From positions 740,727-804,726 of the forward strand of contig JAGWFT010000001.1 of NCBI GenBank assembly GCA_028867755.1: DNA of 64,000 bases. The letters are read 5' to 3'. The notes beneath the pieces are model-generated. The model ran no database searches and had not been told where the DNA came from. It was given only the letters and a program-made list of their open reading frames with translations. The translations under genes and the position numbers were made by a program. Source of the DNA: Nitrososphaerota archaeon (lineage in GTDB: Archaea > Thermoproteota > Nitrososphaeria > Nitrososphaerales > Nitrosopumilaceae). Position 1 is the stretch's first letter, and the number at the start of each line of letters is the position of its first letter. Below, piece after piece: positions 44,290 through 54,334 of the stretch.

Positions 44290-46623
44290 ATGACAAATGA
44301 ACACTCAGGACTTGTTCGTAGCTTATCTCTGCTAGACATAACTATGATTGGAATTGCCGCCATGATAGGCGGTGCCATCTTCAACTTGGTTGGACCTGCA
44401 ATGAATGAATCCGGACCTTCTCTGACAATTGTCTTTGCAGCTAGTGGTATTATCAGTTTCTTTACTGCTTTAACATACGCAGAGTTAGGTTCCGCCTTTC
44501 CAGAAGCTGGAGGGGGATATCGATGGGTAAGAGAGGGGCTTCCAAGACCAAATGCCTTCATCAGCGGGTGGATAGCATGGTTTGCCCATATGATAGCGGG
44601 CAGTCTTTATGCAGTTTCAATTGGAGATTTCTGTGGAAGTCTGCTTACAAGCTTGGGGGTTGCACCAGAATATGGCGGGATACCACTAAGTAAAATCATC
44701 GCAGTAATCTTCATCGTGGTATTCACATATGTAAATTACCGAGGCGTATCACTTACTGGTCGAGTGGGAAACGGTCTTACAATTGCACAACTTGCAATAA
44801 TTGTAATTCTTATAACCTCTGGATTGTTTGCGCTTGGTTTTGTTAATCATAACTGGGCAGAAAACTTTCATAATTTCATACCAAAGGGAGTGACTGGATT
44901 CATTTTAGCAATGGGAATAACCTACATTGCCTTTGAAGGGTATGAAATAATTGTACAAACAGGTGAGGAGGTAAAAAATCCAAAGAAGAACATTCCACGA
45001 GCCATTTTCATTGCTCTTGGAGTAGTAACTGTGTTGTACATTATATTCGCATTTGTTTTTGTAGGAGGGCTTCAGCCTAGTGTACTTGGAAAGGAAGTAT
45101 GGCAGTATATTGGTGATTATCAAGACTTGGGAGTTGGAAAAGCTGCCCAGTACCTGATACCGTATGGAACGATTCTAGTTTTTGTCGGTGGAATAGTATC
45201 AAGCATCGCTGCTCTGAGTGCCACCACGTTTTCTTCAAGCAGGGTATCTTTTGCTATGGGGCGACAGTATAATTTACCATATATTTTCAGTTCGATTCAT
45301 CCTAAATTCCACACCCCTCATTTTGCAATAATTGCATCAGGTTTCATAATGCTGATAATGGCATCTTGGTTACCATTAGAACAGATTGCACTTGCTGCAG
45401 GTGTGCTGTTTCTCTTTCTTTTCACACAGGTCAACTGGGCAGGAATAAACATACGAAGACTTTATGGGCATAAACTCGACTATGGGTTCAAGATTCCACT
45501 CTTTCCTCTCATGCCGTTAATAGGGATTTTTGCAAAAGCTGGACTGGCGATATTTCTTTTGATATACAATCCATTAAGTTGGGTGATAGCAATTGTTTGG
45601 ATACTAATAGGATTCTCAATATACAAATTATATATTTCAAAAAAAGAGATAGAGCATTACGCACCACTAGTTGCAAACATTGGTCCTTCACAGAGAAAAG
45701 ACTATCGTATCATGGTTGTATTTAATAAAAAAACAGTTGAAAAACTTGTAACTATTGCATCGTCTATTGCAAAGGACAAGGATGGCGAAATCTCTCTTCT
45801 AAATGTGGCTACAATACCCATTCAGATCCCTCTTTCTATGGCACATGGATTTGCCGAACCAGTGATGAAGTCCTTTGATGATTTGAAAAAGAAACCAGGT
45901 TTTTCAGAATATAGATATCTAGTTAGATTGTCTCATGATACCACCGAAGCAATCCTTGCAACCGCCGAAGAACAGGGAGTAAATCTTCTTATAATGGATT
46001 TTTATGATCTTCGCAATAATAGGAAATTGCTTTCTCTTACTACGTGTGATATCATAGGAGTAAATATCAAAAAAGAATTTGAAAAAGAACTTTCACACAT
46101 AGTAGTAGCATATGATAAAGGAAGGCATTCAGATCTTGGTCTTGAAATTGCAAACTCATTTTCCAATTCTCTGGACAGCAAAATACGAATTGTACGAGGT
46201 GTGGTGGAATCGCCTGAAGAGGAACGCGACATACTAAGCAGGATAAATGAAAAAATGTTTGACCTTGATTTAAAAAAAGTCCCTGTTGAAAGGATTTATC
46301 CTACAAGTATCGATGTTACTAAGGATCTATTGTACAATCTAAACCAAGAACCTGAGATAGTGATTGTCGGAGCTGGGAATCAACCCGAACAAGCATTTAG
46401 TCCAAAAACAATGGAAATTGTTGAAAAATCAAAGTATACTGTCTTTGTAGTCAGAGATTCTAGATTTTCAGTAATAAGGGCAAGATACTTTTGGCATGTG
46501 ATTGCACCTAGGCTTAGAGAAAACAGATTCATTTACAGGCTATATCGTGTCGTGTATAGTATTGTGAAATCTAGAAAAGGAGCAAAAACTCCACACGAAG
46601 ACTATTTTGCACCTAAAATGTAG
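44290..46623 (+). CDS. APC-family amino acid permease with C-terminal USP-like domains
   Basis: GIAAMIGGAIF, YAELGSAFPEAGGGY, AFEGYE, GEEVKNP, HPKFHTP; cytoplasmic HIVVAYDKGRHS. Confidence 0.9.
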   Translation: MTNEHSGLVRSLSLLDITMIGIAAMIGGAIFNLVGPAMNESGPSLTIVFAASGIISFFTALTYAELGSAFPEAGGGYRWVREGLPRPNAFISGWIAWFAHMIAGSLYAVSIGDFCGSLLTSLGVAPEYGGIPLSKIIAVIFIVVFTYVNYRGVSLTGRVGNGLTIAQLAIIVILITSGLFALGFVNHNWAENFHNFIPKGVTGFILAMGITYIAFEGYEIIVQTGEEVKNPKKNIPRAIFIALGVVTVLYIIFAFVFVGGLQPSVLGKEVWQYIGDYQDLGVGKAAQYLIPYGTILVFVGGIVSSIAALSATTFSSSRVSFAMGRQYNLPYIFSSIHPKFHTPHFAIIASGFIMLIMASWLPLEQIALAAGVLFLFLFTQVNWAGINIRRLYGHKLDYGFKIPLFPLMPLIGIFAKAGLAIFLLIYNPLSWVIAIVWILIGFSIYKLYISKKEIEHYAPLVANIGPSQRKDYRIMVVFNKKTVEKLVTIASSIAKDKDGEISLLNVATIPIQIPLSMAHGFAEPVMKSFDDLKKKPGFSEYRYLVRLSHDTTEAILATAEEQGVNLLIMDFYDLRNNRKLLSLTTCDIIGVNIKKEFEKELSHIVVAYDKGRHSDLGLEIANSFSNSLDSKIRIVRGVVESPEEERDILSRINEKMFDLDLKKVPVERIYPTSIDVTKDLLYNLNQEPEIVIVGAGNQPEQAFSPKTMEIVEKSKYTVFVVRDSRFSVIRARYFWHVIAPRLRENRFIYRLYRVVYSIVKSRKGAKTPHEDYFAPKM

Positions 46624-46667
46624 CTCTTGTCAATACTAAAATAGAATCTCCACTGATCCTAGGTAAG

Positions 46668-46949
46668 GTGCGAGCCGGTGAATGAGGCGCTGCTACGGCA
46701 GAGGAAACTCCTCCCTCCATGCAGCAAATGTGATCCGGAGACGGATAACCAGAGATGGTTGGCAACAGAACAGAAAATTATCCTATCTGGGACGTACTGT
46801 GATGGTAATGCCTGAGATTCCCAGTAAGGAATGAAAAAGCTGTCCCGCATGGAGCAAGGCCAAATCAAACAACAAGTGCTGCACTTTGTTTAGGTAGGCC
46901 GCATAGCGAAATCTCGTAAAACAGAAGGAGGGTTACAGCTGGCACGCAC
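46668..46949 (+). ncRNA. rnpB: RNase P RNA (archaeal type)
   Basis: P1 gtgcg.gccggt / agctggcacgcac; CR-I GAGGAAACTCC and CR-V AACAGAAGGAGGGTTA forming P4. Confidence 0.92.
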
Positions 46950-46987
46950 TTTAATTTTTAATGATACGTTCTGTTTATTGTTTAGTA

Positions 46988-48238
46988 TTAGATAGCTGAT
47001 CTCTTTGGCTTGTCGTCTGGATTACTTGGACTGCTAGTGCTAGCAGCACTGCCTGGCGTTCCATCAAATTTGTCTGCCCAGTGATGTCTTTCTTCGTAGT
47101 GTACAGGTCCAGTATCAACCTCTCTGACTACTTCCTTCATCTTCTTGTTGCTCCACCAGAATATCCCAACAGCTATTACTCCAGCAAATCCTGCCATTCC
47201 GTATACCATCATTGTTGATGTTCCACCAGCTGTGACAGTACTTGTAGTATTGGAAGCTTGAGCTGTAGTTGTAAATGTCCATCCACCTTGAACTTTGTTT
47301 GGATTTGCGTGACCTTCTATGTTGATGGTACCTGCATTTGCCTGTTCTTTTGTCGAAATATGATATTTTAGACCATCTGAACCTGTAAAGTCTTCATCAA
47401 TATTGTTTACATGTAATGTCCCTGAGAAAGCATTGCTAAGTCCTGAGGAAAATGTGGTAACTGCAATTTTTTGTCCTTGGTATCCATATCCAGCTGTCTC
47501 AGTTAGGGTATATGCAGGATCAAAAAGACTATCCCATTTGTCAACTGGTTGTTGGCTGAAGAGTCCTGTTGCATCCAACAAGTTTGGATTCTGGAATACA
47601 CTATATGCATCAGTGCCCTTGAGTGCATTGTAAAGATCTGGCATCTGACTCTTGATGGCGTCTATTGGATAGTTGATTTCTATTGGCCCGTATTGATTGG
47701 TGTTTATGCTGACAGGTGCGCTGGCGTTGAATGCCATCCAAGATGCATCAAATGTCTCTGGTATGTCGCCACTTGCTGTGTTCAACACATAACCTGTCAC
47801 TGTGGGAGTAAGCACAATTTTGTAATCAAAAGATGCATGATCTGAATATCCGTTTATAGCTAGTTGATAATCGACTACTAAATTAGTCAAAACTGCAGTA
47901 CTATGTTCGTTTGATACAATGTCTGTGTTAATTTGTTGCATGAATGTTTTGAGCGCAGGATCACTTGTTGCATTATCTGTAAATACCACTGTTGCATTTT
48001 TGCCCTGAAGTATACTTTGCAGTTTGCTTCCAGCTGGATAATCTATGTAAAAGCTCTTTTCAAAATCATAAGTAGGATTAATTGGATTGCCTGCAAGAGG
48101 TAAGGTAGCACTAAAATTAACTGTTGCAAAACTAGGGGAAACTGCACCAAAAAGTAACAGACTTGTTATCACTGACGTCACTAACAGTCTACTGGTCACG
48201 TTCCGAGTACTCTCTGAGTCGCTAATAAATCTTAGCAT
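46988..48238 (-). CDS. Secreted Thr/Ser-rich protein with a C-terminal TM anchor, unknown function
   Basis: Signal-like segment, large polar domain, TM MMVYGMAGFAGVIAVGIFWW and a cytoplasmic tail; ATG 48238 preferred. Confidence 0.75.
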   Translation of the reverse strand: MLRFISDSESTRNVTSRLLVTSVITSLLLFGAVSPSFATVNFSATLPLAGNPINPTYDFEKSFYIDYPAGSKLQSILQGKNATVVFTDNATSDPALKTFMQQINTDIVSNEHSTAVLTNLVVDYQLAINGYSDHASFDYKIVLTPTVTGYVLNTASGDIPETFDASWMAFNASAPVSINTNQYGPIEINYPIDAIKSQMPDLYNALKGTDAYSVFQNPNLLDATGLFSQQPVDKWDSLFDPAYTLTETAGYGYQGQKIAVTTFSSGLSNAFSGTLHVNNIDEDFTGSDGLKYHISTKEQANAGTINIEGHANPNKVQGGWTFTTTAQASNTTSTVTAGGTSTMMVYGMAGFAGVIAVGIFWWSNKKMKEVVREVDTGPVHYEERHHWADKFDGTPGSAASTSSPSNPDDKPKRSAI

Positions 48239-48328
48239 TAGTTTTTGCCAATTACATTTTCTAAATTTTATTGGCAAGAGTAATATGGTATTGACGTTTT
48301 GTAATAACTTCATAGGGGTGTTGAAAAA

Positions 48329-49249
48329 ATGATAACAATTCTTGCGGGAGGAACTGGTTCTGTAAAACTTGTACGAGGAATAGCATCACAAACGCGTGAC
48401 TTATCTGTAATTTCTAATGTTGGTGATAACTATTGGCTGTATGGTCTATACATTTGTCCTGACATAGATACAATGCTTTATGGACTTGCTGATATTCTTG
48501 ATACTGACAAGGGATGGGGAATAAAGAAAGATACTTTTGGATTTTTACGACAAATGGAAATGCTTGGAGAAGAAACTTGGTTCAAAATAGGTGATAGAGA
48601 CGCCTCTATACATCTCATGAGAACTAACATGTTAAAGAATGGAAAAAATCTATCTGATATTACTGAATGGATGTGCCAAAAGTTTGCTGTTGATACAAAG
48701 ATAATTCCAGTAACTGATAATAGCGTTGAAACTAGAATTGTGACAAACAAAGGTGAGCTTCATCTGCAAGAATTCTGGGTAAAATACAAAGGCCAAGATA
48801 AAGTAGAAGGCATAAAGTATTTGGGGGCGGATAAAGCACGTGCTAATCCTGCTGCAGTAAATGCAATCCATGACTCAAAGTTAGTAGTCATAGCTCCGGG
48901 TAATCCATTGACTAGCATTGGTCCAATATTATCCATTAAGGGAATAAGAAAAGAACTTGCCAAGTCAAAGAAAAAAGTTGTGGTGGTAAGTCCACTAATC
49001 GGTAATACGGCAGTAAGCGGTCCTGCTGCAAAATACTTGGAAGCAGCAGGAATAGAAGTTTCTGTGTATGGTCTTGCCAAGATGTATTCGGAGGTAGCAT
49101 CACATATGATAATAGATTCTACCGATAGACTCCACACTAGAAAGATTGAGAACTTGGATATGAAAGTGTACGAAACAAAGATAAAAATGAAAGAAAAGAA
49201 AGATGAAGAGGCGCTCGCATCTTTTATTCTGAAACAGATGCATGTCTAA
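48329..49249 (+). CDS. cofD: 2-phospho-L-lactate transferase
   Basis: LAGGTGSVKL, NVGDN, GLYICPDIDT, WFKIGDRD, PGNPLTSIGPIL, VSGPAAK. Confidence 0.95.
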   Translation: MITILAGGTGSVKLVRGIASQTRDLSVISNVGDNYWLYGLYICPDIDTMLYGLADILDTDKGWGIKKDTFGFLRQMEMLGEETWFKIGDRDASIHLMRTNMLKNGKNLSDITEWMCQKFAVDTKIIPVTDNSVETRIVTNKGELHLQEFWVKYKGQDKVEGIKYLGADKARANPAAVNAIHDSKLVVIAPGNPLTSIGPILSIKGIRKELAKSKKKVVVVSPLIGNTAVSGPAAKYLEAAGIEVSVYGLAKMYSEVASHMIIDSTDRLHTRKIENLDMKVYETKIKMKEKKDEEALASFILKQMHV

Positions 49250-49880
49250 GTTACGTATAGGTGCAATAGTACCAGTGAAGACATTTTCAAGAGCAAAGAC
49301 ACGTCTTAGTCTGTCTTCTGAAAAAACAGAAAAAATCTGTAAAATAATGCTAGAATCAGTATTATGCACGCTTTTGAAATCTGAAATTATTGAAAGGACT
49401 GTAATTGTGAGTAAGGATGAAACGGCTCTTGGAATAGGAAAAAAGTTTGGGGCTGTAGAAATCTATGATCAAGAAGAACTTGGAGTTAATAATGCAGTAA
49501 AACTTGCTGACGATTATCTATTAAGAGAAAACTTTGACTCTACTGTAGTTTTTCCTCAAGACATACCGCTTATTCAAGCAGAAGATATACAGGCTTTGTT
49601 GAACTTTAGGATTCAAAATAGATGCGTACTTGTGGTACCGTCTAGAAAATTTGACGGAACAAATGCATTATTTAGGATGCCTCTCAATGTTATGGAGACT
49701 CATTACGATGAAGATAGCTATAAAATACATCTAGATACTGCAGAAAAAAGAAATGCAGTGTCATCTCTTGTACTTATTAGAAGAATCATGTTGGATGTAG
49801 ACGATCAATCCGACCTGAACATGATGACAAGCTATGATCTACCAGTATCAAAGTCTCTTCGTGCTGCTCTTTCTTCATGA
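49242..49880 (+). CDS. cofC: 2-phospho-L-lactate/PEP guanylyltransferase
   Basis: IVPVKTFSRAKTRLS, PQDIPLI, GTNAL, LDVDDQSDL. Confidence 0.94.
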   Translation: MSKLRIGAIVPVKTFSRAKTRLSLSSEKTEKICKIMLESVLCTLLKSEIIERTVIVSKDETALGIGKKFGAVEIYDQEELGVNNAVKLADDYLLRENFDSTVVFPQDIPLIQAEDIQALLNFRIQNRCVLVVPSRKFDGTNALFRMPLNVMETHYDEDSYKIHLDTAEKRNAVSSLVLIRRIMLDVDDQSDLNMMTSYDLPVSKSLRAALSS

Positions 49881-49899
49881 TTATTTTTATTTTGCATTT

Positions 49900-50898
49900 T
49901 CAGAGCTGAGTGATTGCAGTTGATTCCCGTTTTGATCTCATATAGTTAAGAATCTTAATGGATATAGCTATTGCCCCAGTAATTATTAGTAGTTGCTCTA
50001 ATGTATTGGAGAATGGATTTACAACTTGATCTGAAACAGGGACTTGACCTATTGCCGATATGAAAAACAAGTATGAATAAATAAAATAGTTTGTGCTCCA
50101 ATGCACAAGAATTGCAGGGCCAAGTCCGTATCTTACATATATCCATCCAATTATTATTCCTGCCATTGAAGCTTGAGTGAATTTTCCTGGGCTCCAAGGA
50201 GTACCAGAGATTATGTGTGCAACCCCAAAAAATATACCAACTGTAATTATAAGTGCTGCAGCTTTCTTGTAGTTTGTAATGTGCAGATACGTAGACGGTC
50301 TCCATAAAGCTTTAAAGAAAAGTTTCCATGACGCATGATTCGAAAAGATAAGAAACAGCGGTATCCCTATTAGCAATATTCTAAAACCAGATTCTTCTGT
50401 CAAAGGAGCAACTGTAAGCTGGAAAAACTGATTCAAGCTATTTTGAGACTGGGGCGGTTCTATTTTTACTCCAAAACTTTCTTGGACAAAATCTATCGTA
50501 ACTGAAAGTAAGATCAGTATGGAGAACCAAGTTATCACACTTACAAGCCAGTTATCTTTTAGGCCTCGCCACCCATCTGACATGATTTTAGACAGCAGTC
50601 CTGTCAAACTACTGTTGGGACCTACAAATGAGATAGAAAACAGTACTAGATAGATTGACCATGCTATTATGAAGGCGTCCCCAATCTGGAATGAAATTGG
50701 TACCTTGTAGATAATCCCGCCTATGAAAAAATTGAATCCATCTACAGGATATTGAAAATTTATTTCATTTCCTATGTCAGAATTAAATACAATATAGGCT
50801 CCTATGGGAAATGACAAGATCATTATTCCAAAAATCACAGAGATGAATGCAGAATAAGGAATGGAAAGAACTCTGATTGCCTTATCTATGTATAACAA
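49900..50898 (-). CDS. CPBP (Abi/CAAX) intramembrane glutamic endopeptidase
   Basis: APLTEESGFR, FFGVAH, AILVHWSTN. Confidence 0.9.
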   Translation of the reverse strand: MLYIDKAIRVLSIPYSAFISVIFGIMILSFPIGAYIVFNSDIGNEINFQYPVDGFNFFIGGIIYKVPISFQIGDAFIIAWSIYLVLFSISFVGPNSSLTGLLSKIMSDGWRGLKDNWLVSVITWFSILILLSVTIDFVQESFGVKIEPPQSQNSLNQFFQLTVAPLTEESGFRILLIGIPLFLIFSNHASWKLFFKALWRPSTYLHITNYKKAAALIITVGIFFGVAHIISGTPWSPGKFTQASMAGIIIGWIYVRYGLGPAILVHWSTNYFIYSYLFFISAIGQVPVSDQVVNPFSNTLEQLLIITGAIAISIKILNYMRSKRESTAITQL

Positions 50899-50905
50899 GT
50901 TGTAT

Positions 50906-51214
50906 TCAATGGACTTCTATGCTGGATTCTGGGAATCCGAGTTTTACCAGCGTTCCCTTTATTGTATCACGATGATCTCCTTGCAGGAAAATATACCCGT
51001 CCTTAACTGTTCCACCACAAGCATACCTTGCTTTTAATTCTCTAACGACTTTTCCAAGGTCATTCATCTTTGGGTTAACTCCCTCGATCATTGTACCTTT
51101 CTTTTTAAAACGTCGCTCTTCAATTCTAACCACGATTTGGGTTTGATCTTTTTCGAGTTCGCCACAGGCACATAAATCATTAGGAAGTCCGCAAGTATTG
51201 CAGATTACCGCCAT
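50906..51214 (-). CDS. sui1: Translation initiation factor aIF1/SUI1
   Basis: CNTCGLPNDLC.C, LKARYACGGTVK, LQGDHR. Confidence 0.95.
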   Translation of the reverse strand: MAVICNTCGLPNDLCACGELEKDQTQIVVRIEERRFKKKGTMIEGVNPKMNDLGKVVRELKARYACGGTVKDGYIFLQGDHRDTIKGTLVKLGFPESSIEVH

Positions 51215-51292
51215 TCGAGATAAAAAGCCGGAATCCTACTATTAAGCCTTGTTTATGGTTATCTTTTTTATGTCGACTAGTTGATTTAAGAT

Positions 51293-51628
51293 GTGTCAAA
51301 GGAGCTTACAAAAAAAGCTGTGGACATGCTCCTCAAAGGAGCAACATTGGTAAGCAATCCATGCCCATATTGTAAAGGAGTGAGAATCATAAAAGATGGT
51401 AACGCATTTTGTGCAAATTGCGGCAGAGAAGCAAAAGAAGATAAAATTCTTCAAGAAGAAAAACCCAAAGAGAAGATAAAGGAGTTCTCTTCACTTGAAA
51501 AACTTGATCAAAAGATAAAAGATCTCACTGACGAATTACAACAGGAAAAGGATTACACAAAACAACAACAGATTCTCAAGTCGATCAATGATATAATCTC
51601 AATTAAGGAGAAACTCAAGAAGATCTAA
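51293..51628 (+). CDS. UPF0148/SSSCA1-like zinc-ribbon protein
   Basis: MLLKGATL...CPYC.......DG..FCANC. Confidence 0.85.
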   Translation: MSKELTKKAVDMLLKGATLVSNPCPYCKGVRIIKDGNAFCANCGREAKEDKILQEEKPKEKIKEFSSLEKLDQKIKDLTDELQQEKDYTKQQQILKSINDIISIKEKLKKI

Positions 51629-51670
51629 TCACAAAAGTATTTATTTAAACAATGGTGCTCAAATGGTAGC

Positions 51671-51835
51671 ATGAGTAGCAAAAAGTCAGCACCATTACCA
51701 GCGTCAAGTGCGGGTCTTCTGAGATTCTTTGAGGATGAGACTAAGGGATACAAGTTGAAGCCAGAGATTGTAATATCAATCCCAAGCGCACTTATTGCTA
51801 TATCGTGGATTTTAAAAATATTTTTCACACCATGA
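51671..51835 (+). CDS. secG: Preprotein translocase subunit Sec61-beta (not in the ORF track)
   Basis: Manual translation MSSKKSAPLPASSAGLLRFFEDETKGYKLKPEIVISIPSALIAISWILKIFFTP. Confidence 0.92.
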   Translation: MSSKKSAPLPASSAGLLRFFEDETKGYKLKPEIVISIPSALIAISWILKIFFTP

Positions 51836-53565
51836 CAGCAAGTTCCGATAATGTATCCCGAATACACAAGCGCTATACTCTAACAACCCTTACCCCTTCT
51901 TCTTCATATGTTTCGCTTGCAGCATCGATAGTTATTGCATGTGTGATAGTTTCTCTATCGATGCTTTATTATTTCAAGTCAGCAGATAAACTTGCCTTTA
52001 GCATACCGCTAACTGTTGCAATATTACTTGTAACTCAGTTCACAGATGCCAAGTTATTGAAAACAGATCATTCAAAAGTTTTACATATGTCTGCCTTTGG
52101 AACTCTTCTTTGGCTTGTAACAATAATTGGTGGCTTACTCTCTGTTTATGTTTTTTCAAAACCGCACTTATCGCAGGTTTACATAGCTGAGGGTATGCTT
52201 CTCTTTGCAAGCTTCAGAATAGGAATATTCACATCAGTAATTGGAACCAAAGTCAAGACTGCTATAGCAATATGTCTGATACAACCGCTTGCAATGTTTC
52301 TTGCATTTGTGCCTTCTGAACAATGGTTCCAAATACTTTCTGATCCTAGATGTATTACTTTTGGTCTTGTTTTTATCTTTCTTGGCACTGCATGGACCAT
52401 ACTTACCGATAGAGCCACAGGAAAGGTTGCAAATGCACACAAGTTTTTGCAGGCATACATAGCAGCATTAACAAGAAATGATCCAGTAGAAATGGAGACA
52501 ATGATGGAGGCACGTTCCCAACCTTCAAAGGTATCTACATTCCAAATTTTATTTAAAACAAAAAATAATGAATGCAGACTTGTTTTGCCAGACGTTCATC
52601 CTGGACCTTTTCATCCAATAGGTGGAAGCAATATAACTTATTTAATTTACAAAAATCTAAATTCATCTGCAATGGTAATGCATAGTGTATCTGATCATTC
52701 TCTTAATCTTCCTTCCAAGTTTCAAGTTGAACAGTATCTTGCAAGTCTGCAAAAGAGCTCAACAATACAACAAGGAGTTAATTGCACAAAACCTGTAACA
52801 GTTCAAGTAAACAAGGCAAGAGCCGTAGGGTTATTGTTTGACAAGACAGCAGTTCTAATTCTATCTCTTTCTCCTCATGGGATGGAGGATGTTCCAACAT
52901 TTGTAAAGACAGAACTTGAACAATACGGAAAAAACAGAGGTTTTGAACAAGTGTTAATTGTGGACAGTCATAATGCTATGGGTGAGGAAATATCCAGTTT
53001 AGATGCAGATGATCTTCTAAAGGCTGCCAAGTCAAATCTAGATACCCTGATAACAAAAGAAGCGGCACCAATAGAGATTGGATTTGCAAATGCAGAAAAT
53101 CTCAAAATTGAGACAGATGATCTTGGTCCGGGGAGAGTGGCTATCATGTGTATGAAAATAGGTGATGAAAAATTCTTCTTAGGTTGGGCAGATGCCAATA
53201 ATATGCAAAATGGTTTGAGAGAGGAGATCGCAAATCATTTCTCAAAAAATGGATATAATCTGCTTGAAATATGCACTTCTGATACTCATTACAAATCAAG
53301 AAATGCTAGAAACAAACATGGCTATTTCGAGTTTGGAAGCTTGTCAAAATCTGATGATGCTAAATCATGGTTCTTACAACTTGCTAAAAAAGCTGAACAA
53401 AATATTTCTCCTGCATCGTTTGAACTGCTTGCACAAGAAACAAATGTAAAAGTTATGGGTAACAAACAGTTTGAAGATTATTCAAAATCCCTAGACAGAG
53501 CAATGCGTATGACACAAGGTTTCCTTGTTGTAACTACTGCATTTTTCTTTTATACTATGCTTTAG
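51832..53565 (+). CDS. DUF2070 family membrane protein
   Basis: N-terminal TMs; PDVHPGPF..IGGS, MHSVSDH..N, VDSHN, TSDTH; ATG 51832 overlaps the secG stop (ATGA). Confidence 0.88.
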   Translation: MTASSDNVSRIHKRYTLTTLTPSSSYVSLAASIVIACVIVSLSMLYYFKSADKLAFSIPLTVAILLVTQFTDAKLLKTDHSKVLHMSAFGTLLWLVTIIGGLLSVYVFSKPHLSQVYIAEGMLLFASFRIGIFTSVIGTKVKTAIAICLIQPLAMFLAFVPSEQWFQILSDPRCITFGLVFIFLGTAWTILTDRATGKVANAHKFLQAYIAALTRNDPVEMETMMEARSQPSKVSTFQILFKTKNNECRLVLPDVHPGPFHPIGGSNITYLIYKNLNSSAMVMHSVSDHSLNLPSKFQVEQYLASLQKSSTIQQGVNCTKPVTVQVNKARAVGLLFDKTAVLILSLSPHGMEDVPTFVKTELEQYGKNRGFEQVLIVDSHNAMGEEISSLDADDLLKAAKSNLDTLITKEAAPIEIGFANAENLKIETDDLGPGRVAIMCMKIGDEKFFLGWADANNMQNGLREEIANHFSKNGYNLLEICTSDTHYKSRNARNKHGYFEFGSLSKSDDAKSWFLQLAKKAEQNISPASFELLAQETNVKVMGNKQFEDYSKSLDRAMRMTQGFLVVTTAFFFYTML

Positions 53566-54182
53566 GAACGAAATTTCTCTAGATTACCATAAAATTCATC
53601 ACAGAATGCATCTAGCTGATGAATTGGAACTATGGGAACTCTATCAATAAATTTTGTTTCATTTTGATACAATGTAACAATAGCTGGTACAGCAGCTTGC
53701 ACTTTGGCCTTTAACAAAAAATATCTAGTACGTTCAACTTGTTTTTTTACTGCCTTCTCAAGAGCAGACTGGTTCATCTTATTCCAATGTTTACAATCTA
53801 TCAAAACTGCTATCCCAGACTTTATACCTATGACATCTATCTGCATTCTAGGCTTTGTCAATATCACATTGCACATAGTCTCAAAGTCTCTACTTTTGAG
53901 AATCTCAGCCGTAAGGGATTCAAAGTCTTGCCATTCAAGCAATACGGAGATTTCATCAATAGGTACACCCATATTGATTGCCAGAATACCTGTCTTCAAT
54001 CTGTCACTTTCTTCAAAATGTATTAACTCATCCTTATACACGCCTATCCCATTTTGCATGAAATTATCTAATATTTTGGCTGCTAAATCTTCACTAGTCT
54101 GGGTTGCCATGGAAAAATCCTTTACTGATATTCCGCCAGGAATTATTCCTTTGAGCCCCTTGGTAAGTATCTGTGTATTCAA
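53562..54182 (-). CDS. Mrr-like PD-(D/E)xK endonuclease-fold protein
   Basis: WQDFESLTAEIL...QIDVIG......LIDCKHW. Confidence 0.75.
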   Translation of the reverse strand: MNTQILTKGLKGIIPGGISVKDFSMATQTSEDLAAKILDNFMQNGIGVYKDELIHFEESDRLKTGILAINMGVPIDEISVLLEWQDFESLTAEILKSRDFETMCNVILTKPRMQIDVIGIKSGIAVLIDCKHWNKMNQSALEKAVKKQVERTRYFLLKAKVQAAVPAIVTLYQNETKFIDRVPIVPIHQLDAFCDEFYGNLEKFRS

Positions 54183-54334
54183 TAGGAGACGCTCATCTCT
54201 TGTTTACACAATACTACTCGCCACAAATAAAGTTCAGGTTATAACAATGAATTGTATTCTGTTTTTTGTTTTGTGTTGCTTGTTTTCTAAAACCCATAGG
54301 CGATGGTTATATACAGTTTACATCAAAGCAAATC

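Noticed and set aside
46659-46868. 69-aa minus-strand ORF
   Set aside because: Antisense to the RNase P RNA.
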